From assembly GCF_000253055.1 (NCBI RefSeq), contig NC_016070.1, positions 1,140,001-1,172,000 of the forward strand: a DNA stretch of 32,000 bases. Reading direction: 5' to 3'. Below, piece after piece: positions 9,518 through 15,887 of this stretch (positions within the stretch are counted from its first letter, which is position 1; the number at the start of each line of letters is the position of its first letter). The translations under genes and the position numbers were made by a program. A model generated the notes under the pieces. That model did no database searches, was not told where the DNA came from, and saw nothing but the letters and a program-made list of their open reading frames with translations. Source of the DNA: Thermoproteus tenax Kra 1. GTDB lineage: Archaea; Thermoproteota; Thermoprotei; Thermoproteales; Thermoproteaceae.

Positions 9518-10107
9518 CTTTTGAGGAGCCGGGCGATCACGACGGCGACCATGGCCGCGACCAGGCCCCACGCGATAGGCATAAGCATGGCGCTCAGTAT
9601 CGAGACGTCTATGCCGCCCTGTTGGAGGGCGAAGGTGACCACCACGAGGTAGAGCACTATCCTGAGGTAGTCCGCTATAGGTCCCACGAGCTCCGCCTCC
9701 TTTGAGACAGCGCCCTTGTAGACGTACTCCACGAAGCCGTCCACCATTATAAAGCCCACTATGGCCGCCACGAAGAACTTCACAAAGCCGTAGACGTACA
9801 CGGCCAAGACTTCGTCGAAGAGGGCCGCCACATAGGCGTAGCCGAAGTTGTTCGACACATAGGAGCCCGCCGCAAGGAAGGCGGCGATATAGATCACCCA
9901 AGCGGCCAGAGAGGCGAAGAAGTCCCCGGCGGTGAAGCCGGACTTCAACATAGCCCTCCCTATGTTGAAGTTTCTGAACCAGTCGTTGAGCCCGAGCCTT
10001 CTGAATATCTCCGAGAGAAGGAACTTGGCCAGCCTGCCGGCCGCATAGCCCAACAACATGATGAGAGCGCCGACAGACAGGACGATGAGGTATTCCAAGA
10101 GTCCCAT
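9514..10107 (-). CDS. Small multi-pass membrane protein (putative mechanosensitive-channel-like MSC of the trehalose operon)
   Basis: Starts at ATG 10107 (MGLLEYLIVLSVGALIML...). About 197 aa with 4-5 hydrophobic spans. The TATA box lies 23 nt upstream. The function call rests on the equivalent msc-gt-tpsp operon described in Thermoproteus tenax. Confidence 0.7.
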   Translation of the reverse strand: MGLLEYLIVLSVGALIMLLGYAAGRLAKFLLSEIFRRLGLNDWFRNFNIGRAMLKSGFTAGDFFASLAAWVIYIAAFLAAGSYVSNNFGYAYVAALFDEVLAVYVYGFVKFFVAAIVGFIMVDGFVEYVYKGAVSKEAELVGPIADYLRIVLYLVVVTFALQQGGIDVSILSAMLMPIAWGLVAAMVAVVIARLLKR

Positions 10108-10124
10108 GTTGGGCCCGCCGCGCG

Positions 10125-10134
10125 AATATATATT
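10125..10134 (-). promoter_or_regulatory. TATA-like box (AATATATATT) for the msc-gt-tpsp operon
   Basis: Centred about 23 nt upstream of ATG 10107. It is the only AT patch in the 122-nt divergent spacer on that side. Confidence 0.5.
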
Positions 10135-10229
10135 GATTAGCCCCGCCCAGATGCGGCGGCTTAGGCCGCTGGCCTCTACATCGACAGAGCGGGGGCGCAA
10201 GCCTTAAAACGCATGCGCCGTCTGAGACG

Positions 10230-10640
10230 ATGCGAGGGCAGATCTCGCTGGAGCCCGTAATACTCCTGGCTGCTACCGTCGCCATAGCGGTGGCGGTGGG
10301 CTGGTACATCTACACCACTTGGGCCAGCCTGGTGAGGCCGGTGCCCAACTTAGCGATACTCTCGGCTACGTACTACCAGAACGGGACTCTAGTGCTCACG
10401 GCACTCAACCCCGGCACTGCGCCGGTTGTACAGATATCCTCAATCGCTCTCGAGGGCGAGAGGTGCTCCCACGTGGACGTAAACGGGACAGGCGGCGGCG
10501 CGCTCCCCATGGCCAGGGGAGCGGTCGTCGTGAGGGCTCAGTGCCCCGTGAGGGCGCCCCCTGGGACCACGTTGAGGGGACAGGTGGAGCTGTCGGTCGG
10601 CACGACCTACCCGTTCACAGCTGAGGTCGCCTCATCGTAG
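10230..10640 (+). CDS. Archaeal type IV pilin-like protein with class III signal peptide (DUF361-type)
   Basis: The N-terminus MRGQISLEPVILLAATVAIAVAVGWYIY contains an exact QxSxExxxL motif followed by a hydrophobic helix. The rest is Thr/Gly/Val-rich and beta-like. CCTTAAAACG lies about 20-28 nt upstream of the ATG. Confidence 0.65.
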   Translation: MRGQISLEPVILLAATVAIAVAVGWYIYTTWASLVRPVPNLAILSATYYQNGTLVLTALNPGTAPVVQISSIALEGERCSHVDVNGTGGGALPMARGAVVVRAQCPVRAPPGTTLRGQVELSVGTTYPFTAEVASS

Positions 10641-10757
10641 AGCTCCAGATCCCGCGGAAGTCCCCCCTCGGCCCGCCGCCGAGGGCGCCGGCCGCTTCGG
10701 CGAGAGGCCCCGGGCCTGTCGGCAACGCGGAGCCGCGATAGTCCGGCCCCCATAGCG

Positions 10758-11348
10758 CTACAGCGCAAGGACGGAGACCTCCGCAGCGTACGGGAGACAG
10801 AGGTATATATGGCCGCCCGCTAAATGGAGAGCTCTCTCGAACAGGGGGTCCCTCGAGGTCTTGATAGAGCGGCAGTAGCCGGCCTCCCCGGGGTCGAGCC
10901 CCCAGTCCCTTAATCTGCACAACAAGAAGGGCACAGCGCCGAGGACCTCGGCGTCTCTAATGCGCGCCGCGCAGCTGGCGGCGAACTCGCCGAGAGGAGT
11001 CACGGCGGCTGGCCGGTCGTCCTGCCAGTTGCCCCCGCCTCCCATCGTCAGCACCCCCAGCCTCCTCATGTCGTTGGCGACCATCGATCTGGCCAACCCT
11101 CTATACCTCTCGAGGATATCGCCCTCGACCTCCTCCTTGGCCACGAGGCGTTGTCCGCGGCGCAACCTCTCGTGTAGCGCTCTCAAGACCTCGCCGTAGA
11201 TTCGGAAGGCTTCGTCGCCCACCTTCCGAGGCGTCTGCAGCCTCGCTGGGTCGTAGGCGCGCATCAGGAGCTTGAACAGGTGGATGCACATATCTCTTTC
11301 TGAGCCGATAAATCCAGCTGGCCCCATAACATTTTTTAAAAGCGGCAT
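10758..11348 (-). CDS. Hypothetical protein (about 177-196 aa), no family recognised
   Basis: ORF 10758..11648 is over-extended; it would run antisense through the HEPN gene. In-frame ATGs lie at 11348, 11327 and 11291. Contains TMGGGGNWQDD, but I cannot place it in a family. Confidence 0.4.
   Translation of the reverse strand: MPLLKNVMGPAGFIGSERDMCIHLFKLLMRAYDPARLQTPRKVGDEAFRIYGEVLRALHERLRRGQRLVAKEEVEGDILERYRGLARSMVANDMRRLGVLTMGGGGNWQDDRPAAVTPLGEFAASCAARIRDAEVLGAVPFLLCRLRDWGLDPGEAGYCRSIKTSRDPLFERALHLAGGHIYLCLPYAAEVSVLAL
11332..11341 (+). promoter_or_regulatory. TATA-like box (TTTTTTAAAA) for the HEPN-MNT pair
   Basis: Centred about 24 nt upstream of GTG 11361. It is nearly palindromic, so it could also serve the divergent gene if that gene starts at ATG 11291. 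Confidence 0.5.
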
Positions 11349-11360
11349 ACATACAGCTGT

Positions 11361-11771
11361 GTGGTCTCTAGGGCGCGCGACTGGTTTAGACAGGCCCTCC
11401 GCGACCTGGAGCACGCCAGGAGGTCTCTGGAGTTTGGAGACTACGAGTGGGCGTGTTTCGCCGCGCATCAAGCCGCGGAGAAGGCAGTCAAGGCCCTCTA
11501 CCAATGTCTGGGAGTGGAGGCGTGGGGCCACTCCGTCTCTAGGCTTCTGGCCGGCCTCCCGGCGCACGTCCGACCGCCCGACGACCTCGTCGATGCGGCG
11601 AAGGGGCTCGACAAATTCTATATACCGTCTAGGTACCCCAACGCGCACCCCGAGGGAGCTCCGATGGACTACTTCACCAGGGGGGATGCGGAGGGCGCCG
11701 TCAGCGCAGCAGAGAGGATTGTGAGATATGTCGGTGAGGCTCTTCAGACTAGATGTGGAGAGGGTGTTTAG
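11361..11771 (+). CDS. HEPN-domain protein (toxin of a HEPN/MNT module)
   Basis: Shows the RDW..A..DL..A..L..GDY.WACF.AHQAAEKAVKAL helix pattern and the C-terminal SRYPNAH (R-x4-H) motif typical of HEPN. Confidence 0.85.
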   Translation: MVSRARDWFRQALRDLEHARRSLEFGDYEWACFAAHQAAEKAVKALYQCLGVEAWGHSVSRLLAGLPAHVRPPDDLVDAAKGLDKFYIPSRYPNAHPEGAPMDYFTRGDAEGAVSAAERIVRYVGEALQTRCGEGV

Positions 11772-12102
11772 GGAGCTTTCCCGGTACGCCAGATGGGCTG
11801 TGGAGCGGGGGGCTCTGGCGGTGGTTCTGATAGGCTCTCTTGCGAGGGGGGACTACACGGCGTTTTCAGACGCCGACGTTGTGATAGTGGTGAGAGAGGA
11901 CGGGAGAAGGCCTATGGACAGAATACCTGACTTCCTCGACCCGACGTTCCCCGTCGATCTAGAGCCCCGGGTCTACACGGTGGATGAGCTCAGAAGGATG
12001 GCGGGCACCAGGCTCGCCAGAGAGATAGCCAGCGGCGTGCTCCTGGCCGGAGATGCGGAGGTAGTCTGTGAGGCGTTGGGGACTTGCGGAAAAAAGGTCT
12101 AG
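11728..12102 (+). CDS. Minimal nucleotidyltransferase (MNT, antitoxin of a HEPN/MNT module)
   Basis: GSLARGDY...SDADVVIVV is the GSxxRG...DxD Pol-beta-type NTase signature. Overlaps the HEPN gene by 44 nt. Confidence 0.85.
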   Translation: MSVRLFRLDVERVFRELSRYARWAVERGALAVVLIGSLARGDYTAFSDADVVIVVREDGRRPMDRIPDFLDPTFPVDLEPRVYTVDELRRMAGTRLAREIASGVLLAGDAEVVCEALGTCGKKV

Positions 12103-12122
12103 TTGTTCAAAGACTGAGCTAG

Positions 12123-12422
12123 TCAATTCTCGGTCTCGGCCCTCCTCTCCAGCCACCTGGAGAACATTATGAAGAAGACCTCCGCGTTGTGCCTTCCCAC
12201 CGCCCTCTCCAGCGCGGCGTACAGCCCCTCCGGCTCCTCCTCGGCGAACTCGGCCAGCCCTCTGCCGAAGAGCCTCCTCAGCCTCACGTCGATGGCGGTG
12301 AGGTAGGCTGCGTCGAGGCTCCTCACGAACTCCGGGAGGAGTCCCGCCTTGAGGGCCAAGGCCATCATGTGCACGCCGTGTGCCCCAGGATAAAAATCCT
12401 CCGGAGCGCCGAGAGAAATCAT
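12123..12422 (-). CDS. Hypothetical small protein (about 99 aa)
   Basis: The track start at TTG 12455 abuts the AT box, so I prefer ATG 12422 (MISLGAPEDF...). No family recognised. Confidence 0.4.
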   Translation of the reverse strand: MISLGAPEDFYPGAHGVHMMALALKAGLLPEFVRSLDAAYLTAIDVRLRRLFGRGLAEFAEEEPEGLYAALERAVGRHNAEVFFIMFSRWLERRAETEN

Positions 12423-12465
12423 CCCATATAAATAACTTACGTAGAAGCGGCCCAATAATTTAATA

Positions 12466-12723
12466 ATGTACGACCGTAGCTACGTGGGAAACCCCATGAG
12501 GTCGCTCTTGAACAAGCTCAAGTGGACCGGCGGCAGAGGCGTTATAGTCTACGTGAACAGAGGGTCGCCTGGCGGAGTGGCGAAGATAGACTTCTCGGAA
12601 GTGGACGAGATAGGCCAGGGAGGCTTCACGACGAAGTCGGGCACATATATCCCCTACCACAGAGTCGTCGAAATAATCGACGGAGAGGGCAAAGTGCTCA
12701 TGAGGCGGGAGATACGCCGTTAA
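12466..12723 (+). CDS. DUF504 / UPF0248-family small protein
   Basis: LLNKLKW...IVYVNRG...IPYHRVVEI..GEGKVLMRR matches my memory of the archaeal DUF504 pattern (lnkikWd...i.Y.dRg...iPyHRI..I...g.viw.R). ATATAAATAA (12426-12435) lies about 30-40 nt upstream. Confidence 0.75.
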   Translation: MYDRSYVGNPMRSLLNKLKWTGGRGVIVYVNRGSPGGVAKIDFSEVDEIGQGGFTTKSGTYIPYHRVVEIIDGEGKVLMRREIRR

Positions 12724-12910
12724 CACACGCCGTAAATTTTCAATTCTAATGATATTAACTTCGATGTCGATGTCAGGTTAACGCCGACGGCGCCTAACTC
12801 AACTCCTCCTCTGACAACTCCCCCCTTGTGTTAGGCTGTGCCAGCTAACACGGTGGACGCACCGGGGGAAGTTGAAAATCGCTTTCAAGGGGGAATTGTA
12901 CTCCGGATTG

Positions 12911-12970
12911 CGCCGTAATTTTCGGCGTATTTGACGGCGTAAAATTCGGCGTATTTTTCGTCGCAAAAGC
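12911..12970. repeat. Tandem 12-nt repeat array, 4 good units plus 1 degenerate (CGSCGTAWWWWW)
   Basis: The units are CGCCGTAATTTT / CGGCGTATTTGA / CGGCGTAAAATT / CGGCGTATTTTT / CGTCGCAAAAGC. They start at 12911, 12923, 12935, 12947 and 12959, an exact 12-nt phase. Confidence 0.85.
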
Positions 12971-13113
12971 CCTCCGTTGGAGGCTTGGGTCGATCTATTC
13001 AGTTGTGCAAACCTATGGCCGCTCCCGGAGCACTGTTCATCCGCCTATGTCTCTCCGCCGACATTTCCGCCTTTGCGGCCGCTGAGGGCGAGTCGATTGA
13101 AGTAAAGGAGCTC

Positions 13114-13125
13114 AAAGATAAATAG
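13114..13125 (+). promoter_or_regulatory. TATA-like box (AAAGATAAATAG) for the thiW-ECF operon
   Basis: Centred about 25 nt upstream of ATG 13145. Confidence 0.5.
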
Positions 13126-13144
13126 TAAACACGCCTCTGGGACC

Positions 13145-13618
13145 ATGAAGCTGAGCTACATAGTGGTCTTCACGGGGCTCGGTCTGGCGCTCGCGCCGCT
13201 GAATATACCTGTAGGTCCCACCAAGGCCTTCCCAGGGCAATCCTTTGTGAACGGCCTCGCCGGGCTAGTCCTGGGGCCTTGGGCGGTGGTGGTCGCAATA
13301 TTGATCTCTACAATAAGGCTGATGTTGGGCCTGGGGACTATCTTCGCGTTCCCCGGGAGCATACCCGGCGCCCTGTTGGTGGGCCTGGCCTCTACGGCGT
13401 TCAAACGGAGGCCTTGGGTCGTGTGGTTCGAGCCAGTGGGCACCCTCGGCATAGGGCTCCCGCTCTCCGTATACGTAATAGGGCCGGCCCTCGGCCTGGG
13501 GAACCAGTTTGCGGCAGCTCTGATACCGGTCACCGCCGGCTGGGCGCTCTCCACAGCCATCGGCACCTCCGCGGCGTACGCCGTAGCCCTCGCTCTGAGG
13601 CGCCTTGGCAAAATATAG
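13145..13618 (+). CDS. thiW: ECF-transporter S component, ThiW-like (predicted thiazole-moiety/thiamine-precursor binding)
   Basis: 157-aa integral membrane protein. IPVGPTKAFPGQSFVNGLAGLVLGPW and GTIFAFPGSIPGALLVG match the two conserved ThiW blocks as I remember them (iPlGp.K..P.QHfvNvl.av.lGPw; GtgslfAFPGSm.Ga.la). Confidence 0.72.
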   Translation: MKLSYIVVFTGLGLALAPLNIPVGPTKAFPGQSFVNGLAGLVLGPWAVVVAILISTIRLMLGLGTIFAFPGSIPGALLVGLASTAFKRRPWVVWFEPVGTLGIGLPLSVYVIGPALGLGNQFAAALIPVTAGWALSTAIGTSAAYAVALALRRLGKI

Positions 13619-14111
13619 CGTTTTAATTGTCGGCGAAGTAGGGAGGGGGAAGTCGAGGCTCTTGGCCGCGTTGGTCGACGCCATGGTCTCCCTCGGCGTG
13701 GGGGTCACTGTCGTCGACCTTGCGCCGGAGCGGATGGGCGTCGGCGCTAAGCTTAGGCGGTATCTAAGGGAGCGGCCGCGGTATCTGACGGACGAGTTCA
13801 GAGCCCCCCGCCTCGAGGCCAGATCGCCCGATGAGGAGCTGAAGCTCGCCGATGAGAACGCCGAAAAGGCTGCGGCGTTATTCAAGAGGTATATGGCCGA
13901 CCCCACGCCCGTCTTGGCCGTCAACGACTTGACAATCTACTTCCACAGGGGGGACCCCTCCCTCTTCTGGGAGGCCTTCAGCGCGGCGCAGGTGTTCCTG
14001 GCCTCGGCCTACGAGGGGACGTCGCTGAGAGATAGAGGGAGCGGCATCTCTGAGAGGGAAAGGAGGCTCCTCGAGGAGGTGAAGGCGGCGTCGTACGTCG
14101 TCGCGCTGTGA
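13605..14111 (+). CDS. Soluble P-loop NTPase of unknown function embedded in the ECF operon
   Basis: TTG start inside the last 14 nt of thiW. Walker A is LIVGEVGRGKSRL, followed by VTVVDLAPE (reminiscent of the DLDxGQ strand of Clp1/Grc3-type kinases). The candidate Walker B is PVLAVND. Its stop overlaps the next start (GTGA at 14108-14111). Confidence 0.65.
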   Translation: MAKYSVLIVGEVGRGKSRLLAALVDAMVSLGVGVTVVDLAPERMGVGAKLRRYLRERPRYLTDEFRAPRLEARSPDEELKLADENAEKAAALFKRYMADPTPVLAVNDLTIYFHRGDPSLFWEAFSAAQVFLASAYEGTSLRDRGSGISERERRLLEEVKAASYVVAL

Positions 14112-15217
14112 TCTACGCCAGATGCCTCACTGCATACGCCGGCGGCAGGCCGTTGGCCCAGTGCGTCGACCTAGAGGTGAAGGAGGGCGAGGTAGCAGTC
14201 TTGTTCGGCCCGACGGGGGGCGGGAAGTCCGCCATAATTAAGGCTATGGCGGGGGTCCTGCCCCGAGAGGGGGCGTTAAGGCTGGATAGGCCCTATTTCG
14301 TCTTCCAGGACGTGGACTTCAACTTGATAGCCACCACGGTGCGGGAGGAGCTCCTCACGGTCTCCTGCGACGGCGTAAACGCGCCGGAGACGCCCATAGA
14401 GAGGCTCTCGCCGGGCCAGAGACAGCTGTTGGCCGTAGAGCTGGCCCGCCTATCGGGGGCCGCCTCAGTCATCTTCGACGAGCCCACAGCCTTCCTAGAC
14501 CCGGCCGCCGCCAGAGCCGTGAGAGACAAGATATTCGGGCTGGCCGAGGAGGGCAGAGCGGTCCTTGTGGCTGAGCACAGAGTCGAGCTCTTCCTGGACG
14601 CAGATAGATTCTACCTAGTTGAAGGCGGGCGGGCGACCGAGGTGGACGCCGAGGAGCTCATCGAGGAGGGCGCCAGAAGGGGGTGGGGGCCCTACTTCGT
14701 TAGAGGCCGCGAGCCTCCCCTCCCCAGGCTGGACGATGCAGAGGGCTGCGGCGTGGAGATAAGGGGCACGCGTTGGGAGGCCGGGCGGAAGATCGCAGTC
14801 ACCGGCCCAGTCGGCTCCGGCAAGACCTACACTCTGCTGGCTCTGGCGGGCGCCGTGAAGCTGAGGGGCACGAGGGGCTGTTCCCCCGTCGGCTACGTGC
14901 CTCAGAACCCCTATATGTACTTCACTTCGCCCGACCTCAGGAGGGCCCCCTCTCTGGTGTTGGATACGTTGGGTGTGGAGCGGGGGAGGAGCCCGTTCAC
15001 GCTTTCCGTGGGCGAGGCGAGGCTCGCGGCGTTGCTCTGGGAGCTATCGAGGAGGCCGCGGCTCCTCCTCGTCGACGAGCCGACGGCCGGCGTAGATAGA
15101 AGGTATGCCGAGTGGGTCGGGAGGCTCATCAAGTCCTACGGAGGGACTGTGGTGTTCGCCAGCCACGACCCAATCTTTGTCTCCAGATATGCAGACGCCG
15201 AAGTACGGATTGGCTAA
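14108..15217 (+). CDS. Fused double ABC ATPase (EcfA-EcfA'-like, CbiO type), unusually compact at 369 aa
   Basis: Cassette 1: GPTGGGKS, Q in VFQDVDF, LSPGQRQ, VIFDEP, AEHR. Cassette 2: GPVGSGKT, Q in VPQNPY, LSVGEAR, LLLVDEP, ASHD. Confidence 0.85.
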   Translation: MIYARCLTAYAGGRPLAQCVDLEVKEGEVAVLFGPTGGGKSAIIKAMAGVLPREGALRLDRPYFVFQDVDFNLIATTVREELLTVSCDGVNAPETPIERLSPGQRQLLAVELARLSGAASVIFDEPTAFLDPAAARAVRDKIFGLAEEGRAVLVAEHRVELFLDADRFYLVEGGRATEVDAEELIEEGARRGWGPYFVRGREPPLPRLDDAEGCGVEIRGTRWEAGRKIAVTGPVGSGKTYTLLALAGAVKLRGTRGCSPVGYVPQNPYMYFTSPDLRRAPSLVLDTLGVERGRSPFTLSVGEARLAALLWELSRRPRLLLVDEPTAGVDRRYAEWVGRLIKSYGGTVVFASHDPIFVSRYADAEVRIG

Positions 15218-15782
15218 ACTGGCTCTACTGCTCCTTCTGCCGGCGGGGTGGGAGGCGGCGATAGGGCTGGCGCCGTTGCTGGCGCTACACCGGAAGGTCG
15301 CGGCCGCGGCGGGGGCCCTCGCTCTTATGTCCTTCGTCTCCCTCGCCGCCTTCGTTGGGCCCGCGGGGGCGCTGCTCCCCACTTTGACGCTCTTCAAAAA
15401 CTTGGCCGTCCTAGGCCTGCTCTTCAACGCGGTCTCCCCGGGCGAAGTCGTCTGGGCGCTCAAGAGGATAGGGGTCAAAGGCCAGTGGGCCTACGTGATA
15501 CCCATGAGTCTGAGGGCGTCCTCGGTGATCTCGCGCGAGGTGAAGACGCTATTGGCTGTGGCTAAGGCGCGCGGCGCCAGAGGCCCCAGGGCCGTCCTCC
15601 AGTCGGCTTTACCCCTCTTGGTGTTCATATTCGACTACGCCGAATATCTAGAGGTCCAGATAAGACAGAGGAGCTTCGAGTGCCTCGCCGAGAGGCCTCC
15701 CTATTTTACTAAGTGGGATATATTGCTCATAGCGTCGGCCGCCGCCTCGCTGCTGGCGGCCGCGCCTCTTCGGGCGCTCTAG
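15189..15782 (+). CDS. ECF-transporter T component (EcfT/CbiQ-like)
   Basis: I prefer ATG 15189 (MQTPKYGLAKLALLLLLPAGW...); the track start at 15105 adds a non-membrane, Ser-rich prefix. Hydrophobic spans plus an Ala-Arg-Gly coupling-helix motif (AVAKARGARG). Overlaps the ATPase gene by 29 nt. Confidence 0.7.
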   Translation: MQTPKYGLAKLALLLLLPAGWEAAIGLAPLLALHRKVAAAAGALALMSFVSLAAFVGPAGALLPTLTLFKNLAVLGLLFNAVSPGEVVWALKRIGVKGQWAYVIPMSLRASSVISREVKTLLAVAKARGARGPRAVLQSALPLLVFIFDYAEYLEVQIRQRSFECLAERPPYFTKWDILLIASAAASLLAAAPLRAL

Positions 15783-15887
15783 GCCCCCGCGCAGCTGTCA
15801 GGCGTACATCGCAGCAGCGGGAGAGGACATGCCCGTCGGCTATACTCGCCGCGCAGACGGCCAGAGACAGAGAAAAGGTTGGGCGCC

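Noticed and set aside
8354-10309. 651-aa ORF suggesting a very large glycosyltransferase.
   Set aside because: The 5' 264 codons (9518-10309) translate to Arg/Gly/Leu-rich low-complexity sequence. They overlap, in another frame, a clean multi-pass membrane protein with its own TATA box and ATG. The GT-like sequence begins only at MNVAVVAPQ (9517).
10758-11648. 296-aa minus-strand ORF overlapping the HEPN gene.
   Set aside because: The part above 11348 is antisense to a motif-perfect HEPN gene and reads as Arg/Pro-rich shadow sequence. Only the 3' two-thirds is kept as a hypothetical CDS.
12460-12726. 88-aa minus-strand ORF exactly antisense to the DUF504 gene.
   Set aside because: The plus-strand product matches a known family pattern and has a correctly spaced AT box. 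The antisense product has no recognisable features.
12745-12826. Possible C/D-box sRNA (AATGATA ... CTGA).
   Set aside because: The C box is imperfect (UGAUAU rather than UGAUGA). There are no convincing C'/D' boxes or terminal stem, and the C-to-D distance of about 77 nt is long for archaeal sRNAs.
13015-13125. 36-aa ORF (MAAPGALFIRLCLSADISAFAAAEGESIEVKELKDK) just upstream of thiW.
   Set aside because: No AT box at the expected distance upstream. It overlaps the predicted thiW TATA box, and it is too short to evaluate. Left unannotated.
12960-13144. Possible TPP (THI-box) riboswitch upstream of thiW.
   Set aside because: I looked for the conserved CUGAGA ... ACCUGAUCUGGAUAAUGCCAGCG core. 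Only a weak GCTGAGGG (13080-13087) is present, with no ACCUGA/pyrimidine-sensor helix. The predicted TATA box (13114-13125) lies downstream of it, so it would not be in the thiW leader.
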